A DNA stretch of 32,000 nt from Vibrio cholerae ATCC 14035 (GTDB taxonomy: Bacteria > Pseudomonadota > Gammaproteobacteria > Enterobacterales > Vibrionaceae): the NCBI RefSeq assembly GCF_000621645.1, contig NZ_KK211323.1, positions 184,947 to 216,946 of the forward strand, in the 5' to 3' direction. The translations under genes were made by a program, and so were the position numbers. The notes under the pieces were generated by a model. That model was not told the origin of the DNA. It did not search any database and worked only from the letters and a program-made list of their open reading frames with translations. Numbering within the stretch: position 1 is the first letter of the stretch; the number at the start of each line of letters is the position of its first letter. Positions 10,404 to 18,773 of this stretch are shown here, in pieces.

Positions 10404-10856
10404 ATGAATAATAAAGTCGGCATAGTGCATAGCCTAAAAGATGGCCAGAAGTACATGGATATTTGGCCGATGCGCAAAGAGTTAAATCCACTGTTCCCTG
10501 AGCAACGCGTGATTAAAGCCACACGCTTTGCGATTAAAGTGATGCCTGCGGTTGCGGCGATCAGCGTGCTGACACAAATGGTGTTTGCCAACACGCAGGC
10601 CATGCCTCAGGCGATTGTGGTCGCTTTATTTGCTATGAGCTTGCCACTGCAAGGCATTTGGTGGCTCGGTCACCGTGCCAATACCCAACTACCTCCGGCG
10701 CTTGCGAGCTGGTATCGCGAACTCTATATGAAGATCGTCGAAACTGGTTTTGCACTGGAGCCGATCAAAAGCAAACCGCGCTATAAAGAGCTCGCGCAAG
10801 TGTTGAATCGTGCGTTTCGACAACTGGATGATACTGCGCTAGAACGCTGGTTTTAA
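10404..10856 (+). CDS. yfbV: UPF0208 inner-membrane protein YfbV
   Basis: About 150 aa with two central hydrophobic helices. It is divergent from ackA, as yfbV is in E. coli. I prefer ATG 10404 (AGGA at 10393-10396) over GTG 10398. Confidence 0.7.
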   Translation: MNNKVGIVHSLKDGQKYMDIWPMRKELNPLFPEQRVIKATRFAIKVMPAVAAISVLTQMVFANTQAMPQAIVVALFAMSLPLQGIWWLGHRANTQLPPALASWYRELYMKIVETGFALEPIKSKPRYKELAQVLNRAFRQLDDTALERWF

Positions 10857-10978
10857 GGCTACCGAGTAGGCTATTTGTCCCATCAGTGTGACCAACGAAT
10901 ATCGAATAGCATATCGAATCGTTGGTCACAGAAACTTGCCGCGTGCCAAGGCAACCTATCCCATGAGATCAAGATCAG

Positions 10979-11389
10979 TTAGCGCTGATTGTAGCGACTG
11001 CGAGACGTTCTTTCTTTATGAGCAGAGGCCGCTTTCGCCTGAGATTTCAAAATAGAGTCTACCGTTAATGCCATCGGCTCTTTAGGGTGTAGGCCGTGAG
11101 GGAAAGTTCTTGCGCGTGGCGGGAGAGTAAACTCTTCACTGGAAGCGCGAGGCATGCGTTTAAAGCGATAGAGATAAAAATTTTCTAGTTTTTCTCGTGC
11201 CCACTCGGTCTTGTTTAAATATTTGACACTGCTGGCAATCGAAGGCTTGGTATGAAAGCAGTTAAAGCGCATTGCAGTATCTAAAATATCCCAGCCATAA
11301 AAATCCACCAGCTCTTGTAGCAAGGTTTCTAACTTAAGGCCGTGTAGTGGATTGTTCTTTTGTAGTTCGATTCTTTCTTGATCGGTCAT
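10979..11389 (-). CDS. DUF2132 (VF530-like) domain protein with a basic C-terminal tail
   Basis: 136 aa. The N-terminal segment PLHGLKLETLLQELVDFYGWDIL...FNCF...PSIASSVKYLNKTEWAREKLENFYL matches the DUF2132 pattern as I recall it. Function unknown. Confidence 0.6.
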   Translation of the reverse strand: MTDQERIELQKNNPLHGLKLETLLQELVDFYGWDILDTAMRFNCFHTKPSIASSVKYLNKTEWAREKLENFYLYRFKRMPRASSEEFTLPPRARTFPHGLHPKEPMALTVDSILKSQAKAASAHKERTSRSRYNQR

Positions 11390-11826
11390 AATAATCGGCT
11401 CCTAAGGGTAAATAGAGTAGGTATACCAAGATTTGGCAGAGATGAGCCATGTACTTGTTGACCTCTGCGCGGCGGCGCATTCTAGCAGAGTTGATCTTAC
11501 ATCCCTATGGTTATCTGTTATGGGGATCATCTTTTATGGGGTCACCTTAATCATAGCGTTTATCTGGGTTCATGAGAGTGAACTTGCCTACCATCCTCTG
11601 TCGCTCCACGTCGTTTGGGAAGAGAGATAGTTAACTTCACTTCCATTTTCGACATTGACCAAATTCTGAGCTTTTTTCTGTTATCTAACTGTTAAATCCT
11701 ACTTCCCTTTGCCTAAAGTTACTGGTAATAATGTTGTCAGCGACACCCTAAGTGTCCAATAACAACTATTAAAGCTACACCCACACACAACATCATAAAA
11801 ACTATGCTTTATATCAAGGAGTTAAG

Positions 11827-12792
11827 ATGAGAGCAGGCAAAGTTATTGCTACCGCCGTTCTAGCCGGAGCTGCACTACTGTCTTCCCAGAGTATCATGGC
11901 CAAAACAGCCAAAGTCGCGGTATCACAAATTGTGGAACACCCCGCTTTAGATGCGACACGTCAAGGGCTACTCGATGGATTGAAAGCCAAAGGCTATGAA
12001 GAGGGCAAAAATCTAGAGTTTGATTACAAAACCGCGCAAGGCAACCCTGCCATTGCGGTCCAAATTGCCCGTCAATTTGTCGGTGAAAACCCAGATGTTT
12101 TAGTCGGTATTGCGACACCTACCGCCCAAGCACTGGTTTCTGCCACAAAAACCATACCTATTGTGTTTACCGCAGTGACTGACCCTGTTGGGGCTAAGTT
12201 GGTGAAACAACTTGAACAACCGGGCAAAAACGTCACGGGTTTGTCAGATTTGTCTCCGGTTGAGCAACATGTTGAACTGATTAAAGAAATCCTACCCAAC
12301 GTCAAATCGATTGGCGTGGTGTACAACCCAGGTGAAGCCAATGCGGTCAGTTTAATGGAGTTACTCAAACTCTCGGCGGCAAAACATGGTATTAAGCTGG
12401 TCGAAGCGACTGCGCTGAAAAGTGCTGATGTTCAATCAGCCACCCAAGCGATTGCAGAAAAGTCCGATGTGATTTATGCCCTGATCGACAACACAGTTGC
12501 CAGTGCAATCGAAGGTATGATTGTGGCGGCTAACCAAGCCAAAACCCCAGTCTTTGGTGCAGCAACGTCTTATGTAGAACGCGGCGCAATTGCCAGCCTA
12601 GGTTTTGACTATTACCAAATCGGAGTGCAAACCGCTGACTACGTGGCGGCTATTTTAGAAGGTAAAGAGCCGGGTTCGCTTGATGTTCAAGTGGCAAAAG
12701 GTTCGGATCTTGTGATCAACAAAACCGCCGCAGAACAGTTAGGCATCACCATTCCTGAAGCCGTACTTGCGCGTGCAACCAGTACCAAATAA
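11827..12792 (+). CDS. ABC transporter substrate-binding protein (COG2984 / ABC_sub_bind family; KEGG labels this system a putative Trp/Tyr transporter)
   Basis: 321 aa with a signal peptide (MRAGKVIATAVLAGAALLSSQSIMA). AAGGAG SD at 11816-11821. First gene of a 3-gene transporter operon. Confidence 0.8.
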   Translation: MRAGKVIATAVLAGAALLSSQSIMAKTAKVAVSQIVEHPALDATRQGLLDGLKAKGYEEGKNLEFDYKTAQGNPAIAVQIARQFVGENPDVLVGIATPTAQALVSATKTIPIVFTAVTDPVGAKLVKQLEQPGKNVTGLSDLSPVEQHVELIKEILPNVKSIGVVYNPGEANAVSLMELLKLSAAKHGIKLVEATALKSADVQSATQAIAEKSDVIYALIDNTVASAIEGMIVAANQAKTPVFGAATSYVERGAIASLGFDYYQIGVQTADYVAAILEGKEPGSLDVQVAKGSDLVINKTAAEQLGITIPEAVLARATSTK

Positions 12793-12906
12793 GTAAGCTC
12801 TATCCAAATGACGAGGGGGTAACGCTTGACGCGCTAGCCCCTCGTCGGAAGCGTATATTCCAAGGAGTTGGGGTATTTCAACTTCTGTAAGCAGAAAGGA
12901 GTATGT

Positions 12907-13851
12907 ATGTCTGCTTTTGCCTTTTTTGGCGCTTTGGAGCTTGGCTTGTTGTATGGCTTAGTAGCTTTGGGCGTGTATTTAACTTTCCGAGTGCTGGATT
13001 TCCCTGATTTGAGCGTCGACGGCAGTTTCCCAATGGGCGCTGCGGTGGCGGCTACTGCGATTGTGGCAGGAATTAATCCATGGGTGGCGACAGGATTGGC
13101 CATTCTTGCTGGCGCCGCTACCGGTTGGGTCACGGCTTTTCTGAGTGTGCGATGTGGTATCTTGCATCTCTTGGCCTCGATTTTGACCATGATTGCTGCG
13201 TTTTCCATCAACATCCGCATTATGGGACGTCCTAATCTGGCCTTATTGGGTGAAGACACCATTTTGACCCCGTTTGAAGCCTTGGGTGATCCTGTCTTAA
13301 TTCGTCCTCTCGTTGTCGCAGTATTGGTCGTGATTTCTGCGCTATTGGTTATTCGACTGCTCAACAGCGATTTCGGTTTAGGATTGCGAGCCACAGGTGT
13401 CAACGCTCGTATGGTGGCAGCCCAAGGGGCAAGCACCGCGTTTTACACGTATTTCTGTTTGGCTCTGTCTAATGGTTTTGTCGGTTTTGCAGGGGCTCTA
13501 TTTGCGCAAACCAACAGTTTTGCGGATGTCACTTCTGGCGTTGGTACAATTGTGGTGGGGCTTGCTGCGGTTATTTTAGGACAAACCCTGATCCCCGGTC
13601 GCAAGATCTGGGTCGCTGTCGTGGCGGTCATTGTCGGCTCTGTGCTGTACCGTTTAGCGGTTGCCTTCGCACTCAGTTCAGGCATGTTTGGCTTACAAGC
13701 GTCCGATCTTAACTTGGTGACTGCCGTGTTAGTGGCTTTGGCGCTGATCATGCCGAAGATTAAAAGGAATTTAAAATCAAAAAAGCGTAACGCACCTGCT
13801 CAGAAGCCCGAAGTCTCTCAGCAGGGAAGCGTGTCAGGAGATGCAGTATGA
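12907..13851 (+). CDS. ABC transporter permease (COG4120 type)
   Basis: Multi-TM protein. I prefer ATG 12907 (AAAGGAG at 12895-12901) over the track TTG at 12868. Its stop overlaps the next start as ATGA (13848-13851). Confidence 0.85.
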   Translation: MSAFAFFGALELGLLYGLVALGVYLTFRVLDFPDLSVDGSFPMGAAVAATAIVAGINPWVATGLAILAGAATGWVTAFLSVRCGILHLLASILTMIAAFSINIRIMGRPNLALLGEDTILTPFEALGDPVLIRPLVVAVLVVISALLVIRLLNSDFGLGLRATGVNARMVAAQGASTAFYTYFCLALSNGFVGFAGALFAQTNSFADVTSGVGTIVVGLAAVILGQTLIPGRKIWVAVVAVIVGSVLYRLAVAFALSSGMFGLQASDLNLVTAVLVALALIMPKIKRNLKSKKRNAPAQKPEVSQQGSVSGDAV

Positions 13852-14585
13852 TCCGTTTGCAAGATATTCAGGTGACGTTTAACCCTGGCACGATTCTGGA
13901 AAATCGCGCATTACGCGGCGTATCGCTAGAGGTTCCGGAACACCAATTTTTAACCGTGATTGGCTCTAACGGGGCGGGGAAGTCGACGCTACTCGGTGCG
14001 GTCACTGGTGAAACGCCTATCGTGGGCGGTCAGGTGTTAATTGATGAGATTGATGTAACCAAACAGAGTGTGGATCAGCGTGCGAATCTGTGTGCTCGCG
14101 TGTTTCAAGACCCATTAGCGGGAACCTGTGGAGCCCTGACCATCGAAGAGAATATGGCGCTCGCTTATATGCGCGGTAAAAAACGTGGTTGGAGCTTGGC
14201 GCTCTCAAACCAGCGCCGGAAGTTGTTCCAAGAACGGATCAGCATCCTCGGTTTGGGGTTAGAAGATCGTCTCGGTGACAATATTGGTTTGCTCTCAGGT
14301 GGTCAGCGTCAGGCGGTGAGTTTGGTGATGGCGACACTGTCAGAAAGCAAGCTCTTGCTCTTAGATGAACACACGGCGGCACTCGATCCTCGTATGGCGG
14401 CATTCATTATCGATCTCACGAAAAAAATTGTTAAAGAGTTCAATTTAACCGTGATGATGGTGACCCACTCGATGAAAGATGCTCTGGCTTGTGGTGATCG
14501 CACCGTCATGCTGCATCAAGGTCAGATTGTCTTGGATGTCACAGGGGAACAGCGCGCGAACATGGGCGTTCCTGAGCTTTTCTAA
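13848..14585 (+). CDS. ABC transporter ATP-binding protein (COG1101 type); the C-terminus may be frameshifted
   Basis: Walker A GSNGAGKST, signature LSGGQRQA, Walker B LLLDEHTAALD. The +1 frame continues past the TAA (14583-14585) as SKVRGEELADDSLLLS to a TAA at 14629-14631 (see findings). Confidence 0.85.
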   Translation: MIRLQDIQVTFNPGTILENRALRGVSLEVPEHQFLTVIGSNGAGKSTLLGAVTGETPIVGGQVLIDEIDVTKQSVDQRANLCARVFQDPLAGTCGALTIEENMALAYMRGKKRGWSLALSNQRRKLFQERISILGLGLEDRLGDNIGLLSGGQRQAVSLVMATLSESKLLLLDEHTAALDPRMAAFIIDLTKKIVKEFNLTVMMVTHSMKDALACGDRTVMLHQGQIVLDVTGEQRANMGVPELF

Positions 14586-14797
14586 AGTGCGTGGAGAAGA
14601 GTTGGCAGACGATAGTTTGCTACTGAGTTAAGTGCCTGTTTGAATAGAAAACGGTGAGGAAAAAGAGACGGATGATGAACAAGCGCTAACACTGTTTTGT
14701 GTTTTTTGGCATAATCGCCGCAACGCAATATCCCTACCCATCATAAGCGTTATCGGTTTATGGTGGGTTTTTCATTTCTAGAGGTTAGCAGGCAATT

Positions 14798-16267
14798 ATG
14801 AATCAGCGCATGAGTTTAACTTGGATTATCTGTGCGCCACTGTTTATCGTTTTTGTGCTGGCCGCATCGGTCTTTCAGCAATATCTGTACGATCTTAACC
14901 AAGAAATTGACGACGCCTACGCTGACATTCAACAGCAGCTTGAGCGCGCCGAAAAAGTGGTGACAGCGCTGGATTACACTTTCACGCATAATCAACGCCC
15001 GGCAGAGAATATATTGTTTAAACACTCAGCCCGTGTGGTTGCGAATGTTTGCCAAATCAAACCGATAGATGGGTTAGTTCTGGCTCAGGGGCTGAGTTCC
15101 AGCTTTGCTGTTCCCAAATTAGATCTAAGTTATATGCTGATTGGGGATGCCTCGTTATGCGATTCCAAACCAAGTCATGATCCCAGTTTACAAATCAAAC
15201 TCTCCATGGCTCCTATACTCTCGTTTTTGCATGACATGGATGAATATATTTATGGTGTGCATTATGTGGATAGCAGCGGTTATATCATTTCATCGCCGGA
15301 TACCATCAGCGAAAAGGTAACCTATCAGCAAATTAAAGACTTTATCAGCGAGAGTCCTTTGTGGAGCCATGCGATTGCTGCCCCCAATATGATTGCCGTT
15401 GATGGGCCTTATCGCTCAGTGATCAGAGAGCAACATGAGTGGTTATTAACACTGATTCTGCCCGTTTACCGTGACGCGGATTATCAAGGACTCGTTGCGG
15501 TAGATATTGGTTTACGCGAACTGCTTAGCCGCATGCCTCATTTAGCATCTCGTTTTGACATGATTGATTTGAATGAGATGGCTATTCCAACGTTTGCCTA
15601 TCGTCCACACAAGCTCACCAGTGAATATGCAGACTATCATCAGGTGGTATTTTATAAGTTGGATATTCAGTCCGAATTGAGCAATTTTCTTACTGAGAAG
15701 AGCGGTAATTTACTGGTCGTTGCTCTGGTGTACCTCTTTCTCACAGGCGTACTTATCTATCTCAATACGCGCTGGGATCGCCAGCATTATGCGCAGCTCG
15801 CCGCGCGTGATCCGATGACGGGTTTACTCAATCGACGTGGTATGGAAAGCTTTCTGAAAGGCAAACGCCACAGTCAATATTTAGCCATTGCCGTGTTGGA
15901 TATCGATGACTTCAAACAGATCAATGATGCTTATGGTCATGATATGGGGGATAGAGTGATCTGCTACATTGGTGAGCAGATTGAAAACCATATTCGTAGC
16001 TCAGATGCCGTGGCACGCTTTGGTGGCGAAGAATTTGTGGTTTATGTCACAGCAAAAGAAAAAGAGCAGATCACGAGAATTATGCAGCGCATTTTTGATG
16101 CGGTTTGCCGCGAGTCCCCTTTAATACTAGAGCCAGGTTTTACCATCTCTGGTGGGATAGAGGTGGTTGAAAGTACAACCGATCGCAGTTTTGAAGATTT
16201 GTTTAAAGCCGCTGATGAAAAGTTGTATGTAGCGAAAACCAGCGGCAAAAATCAGTTGGTTTACTGA
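14798..16267 (+). CDS. cdgK: Membrane-bound diguanylate cyclase: TM, about 275-aa periplasmic sensor region, TM, then GGDEF domain
   Basis: GGEEF active site with an RSSD (RxxD) I-site exactly 5 residues upstream. Hydrophobic helices lie near residues 7-27 and 305-325. The symbol rests on recalled synteny (VC1104), not on a search. Confidence 0.8.
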   Translation: MNQRMSLTWIICAPLFIVFVLAASVFQQYLYDLNQEIDDAYADIQQQLERAEKVVTALDYTFTHNQRPAENILFKHSARVVANVCQIKPIDGLVLAQGLSSSFAVPKLDLSYMLIGDASLCDSKPSHDPSLQIKLSMAPILSFLHDMDEYIYGVHYVDSSGYIISSPDTISEKVTYQQIKDFISESPLWSHAIAAPNMIAVDGPYRSVIREQHEWLLTLILPVYRDADYQGLVAVDIGLRELLSRMPHLASRFDMIDLNEMAIPTFAYRPHKLTSEYADYHQVVFYKLDIQSELSNFLTEKSGNLLVVALVYLFLTGVLIYLNTRWDRQHYAQLAARDPMTGLLNRRGMESFLKGKRHSQYLAIAVLDIDDFKQINDAYGHDMGDRVICYIGEQIENHIRSSDAVARFGGEEFVVYVTAKEKEQITRIMQRIFDAVCRESPLILEPGFTISGGIEVVESTTDRSFEDLFKAADEKLYVAKTSGKNQLVY

Positions 16268-16300
16268 TCAGTTGATTTACTGATTCGTTGTTTTACTCAT
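16253..16300. repeat. Three tandem copies of a 16-nt unit, CAGTTG(G/A)TTTACTGAT
   Basis: R1 is 16253-16268 and R2 is 16269-16284 (15/16 identical to R1). R3 is 16285-16300 (12/16 identical to R2). The array fills the whole gap between the convergent cdgK-like and dusC stops. Confidence 0.8.
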
Positions 16301-17271
16301 TAGACAGGTAGCTCGGCCGCAGCATGATGGAGTTGATCGCGATAGCGATGTAACTGATCAACGATCGGCTCGACTTGAGTCAACGTACGTAACTCACCAA
16401 ACAGCTCATTAGCCTGAGGGTAGGCGTGGCGCAGATAAGCAAACCACTGCTTAATACGGTTTGGGTAGTATTTGCCTTTGTCACCACGGACTTCAAATTG
16501 CGTGTAGCGCAGCAACAAATCCACCACTTCATGCCAAGGCATGGCGGCGTGATTGTGTTTGACCACATTGCCTAAATTCGGCACGTTGAGCGCGCCGCGG
16601 CACACCATGAGTGAATCGACACCTGTGGTTTGGATGCAAGCTTGACCATCGGCGTAATTCCACACTTCACCGTTAGCAATCAATGGAATACTGCATTTTT
16701 GGCGGATCTGGTCAATGTAATGCCATTTGATTTCGCTGGCCTTGTAGCCTCCGGCTTTGGTGCGCGCGTGCACAGTGAGCTCATCGGCTTTAGCTTACGC
16801 AACGGCATCGACAATCTCAAAACAATCTTCCGGATCTTCCCAACCTAAGCGGATTTTCGCCGAAACAGGAATGTGCGCCGGTACTGCGTCACGACACGCT
16901 TTGACCACCTGATAAATCAACTCGGGATGCTGCAAAAGAGCCGCGCCACCTTTGCTCTGATTGACCATTTTGGCAGGGCAGCCGAAATTTAGATCGATGC
17001 CATAAGCCCCAAGCTCAGCAGCGCGGATCGCGTTTTCGGCCATCCAGTGTGGGTCTTGGCCAAGCAGTTGTACTTTTACCGGAACACCGGACGGAGTTTT
17101 AGAACCGTGCCGTAATTCAGGACAGAGGCGATAAAACACATGATCAGGCAGCAGCAGATTCACTACGCGCACAAATTCGGTGACGCAGAAGTCGTAGTCA
17201 TTGATTTGTGTCAGCATGTCACGCATCAAATGATCTAACACGCCCTCCATCGGGCCTAAAATAACTCGCAT
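16300..17271 (-). pseudogene. dusC: tRNA-dihydrouridine synthase C (DusC) interrupted by an in-frame TAA
   Basis: Track ORFs 16795..17271 and 16300..16773 are in the same frame. Together they are collinear with full-length E. coli DusC. The only break is a TAA (plus-strand TTA 16795-16797) at a position where E. coli has Gln (..DAVQQAG.. versus ..DAVA*AK..). Confidence 0.8.
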
Positions 17272-17436
17272 AGTGATGAATACCGGCTAGCGCTGAAGAA
17301 AAGGGAGCGAGATTGTAGTAGTAGCATCAATAAATGTCACCCATCCTTTCTGATTCAAGTTCAGTGTGACAGCCTGCCACTTCTTTCGCTTTGAGTATAT
17401 AATGCGGCGCAACTTTCCTTGTCTTAAGTGTTTTCT

Positions 17437-18057
17437 ATGAATTATTCCCTGATCGATCTCAGCGCGATTGAATGCCCTGAGTCGGATCTGTTTATTGAAG
17501 GTGTGGTGCTCGCCGCTAATTTTGCGACTCGTCCGCTCGATCCTGAGCAGTGGCTACCCGAGCTGTTTGTCGAGCAACATCAGGCGCTATTACAACCGGT
17601 GACCGAGCAAATTCATCTCCAATACCAGCAACTTAAAGGCAATGGGTACGATTTGTTGACGCTGTTGAATGAGCATGCACCCTCGCGTGAGCAAGGTTTG
17701 GCAGATTTTTCGGAAGGCTTTATGCAATTATGGCCGCAAGTTGAACCCATGTGGCAGCAAGGCGCATTTGCAGATGGTTCGATCCGCATGCTGCAAGCAT
17801 TATTGACCACCTTGATGTTGGCGATTGATGAAGCGCAAACCCAAGCGCAAATGCGCGAAGCGGGCTATGAACAAGTTCCTGCGCTCGCCGATTTGATCGA
17901 GCAACTGAATTTAATGGTGCACGAAGTCGCGCTTGCGGCGGATGAAGCCATGCTCGGCGCTAAAGCACAAAGTGTGAATCCGTTTAAAGGCATTGGCCGC
18001 AATGATGCTTGCCCTTGCGACAGCGGTAAAAAATTCAAACAGTGTTGTGGGCAATAG
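17437..18057 (+). CDS. yecA: YecA-family protein with a C-terminal SEC-C metal-binding motif
   Basis: The C-terminus GRNDACPCDSGKKFKQCCGQ is a SecA-type zinc/iron-binding motif, and the N-terminal region is UPF0149-like. I prefer ATG 17437 over GTG 17428. Confidence 0.7.
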   Translation: MNYSLIDLSAIECPESDLFIEGVVLAANFATRPLDPEQWLPELFVEQHQALLQPVTEQIHLQYQQLKGNGYDLLTLLNEHAPSREQGLADFSEGFMQLWPQVEPMWQQGAFADGSIRMLQALLTTLMLAIDEAQTQAQMREAGYEQVPALADLIEQLNLMVHEVALAADEAMLGAKAQSVNPFKGIGRNDACPCDSGKKFKQCCGQ

Positions 18058-18152
18058 TTTATTACACATCACTGACACGTTAGAGAAGGCAAACGCTTAG
18101 GCTTTTGCTTTATTATCTTCCTCATCGCTAAATTGCTTGGAGCAGAGTCAGC

Positions 18153-18749
18153 ATGAACAAATGGTTAGCCCTGTTATTTTGTAGTTTCTCGGCCATTGCC
18201 GCCCCTAAAGATACCTTAAGTGAGCGTTTAGCCATGAGTGAAGGCTTCAGCGCGACCTTTAATCAGCAAGTATTAAGCCCAGAGGGCAAAGTGATCCTGA
18301 CCGGAAATGGCAAGGTGGATATTGCTCGTCCGAGCCTATTTCGTTGGGAAACCGAAACGCCAGATGAAAACTTACTGGTCTCTGACGGTACAACCTTATG
18401 GCATTTCGATCCTTTCGTGGAGCAGGTCACCTTGTACCGCGCCGAAGAAGCCTTAGAGCAGACGCCTTTTGTGCTGCTGACTCGTAATAAAGCCAGCGAT
18501 TGGGATGCGTACCATGTGGAAGAAAAGGGTGATGTATTTACCCTGACGCCTACCGCGCTGGATTCAAACCAAGGCCGTTTCCAAATCACCATCAGTGAGA
18601 AAGGGGTGGTGCAAGGTTTTAAAGTGATTGAGCAAGATGGTCAGCAGAGCGAATTTACCTTTAGTAAGGTGAAACAGCAGAAACCAAACGCTAGCGTATT
18701 TAACTACAAAGTGCCGAAAGGCGTGGAAGTTGACGATCAGCGTAACTAA
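18153..18749 (+). CDS. lolA: Outer-membrane lipoprotein carrier protein LolA
   Basis: 198 aa with signal peptide [18 protein letters not shown] and a LolA-family sequence. Conserved lolA-rarA-serS order. Confidence 0.9.
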   Translation: MNKWLALLFCSFSAIAAPKDTLSERLAMSEGFSATFNQQVLSPEGKVILTGNGKVDIARPSLFRWETETPDENLLVSDGTTLWHFDPFVEQVTLYRAEEALEQTPFVLLTRNKASDWDAYHVEEKGDVFTLTPTALDSNQGRFQITISEKGVVQGFKVIEQDGQQSEFTFSKVKQQKPNASVFNYKVPKGVEVDDQRN

Positions 18750-18773
18750 ATCAGCACCAAGGAAGCGAGTCGA

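Noticed and set aside
11773-11804. Blocks resembling the preQ1-I riboswitch (AGCUACACCC ... AUAAAAACUA) just upstream of the ABC transporter RBS
   Set aside because: The two blocks are 12 nt apart instead of about 3. I cannot build the required P1 helix, because there is no upstream strand complementary to CCCACAC. The downstream genes are not queuosine-related. This is likely chance similarity, and cmscan against RF00522 would settle it.
12834-13436. 200-aa minus-strand ORF overlapping the ABC permease
   Set aside because: It is an antisense shadow of a well-supported multi-TM permease gene. Its translation is Ala/Pro/Lys/Thr-rich low-complexity sequence with no motif.
16253-16300. Whether the 16-nt tandem repeats could be a CRISPR-like array
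   Set aside because: The units are directly adjacent with no spacers, there are only three copies, the units are too short, and there are no cas genes. It is a simple tandem repeat.
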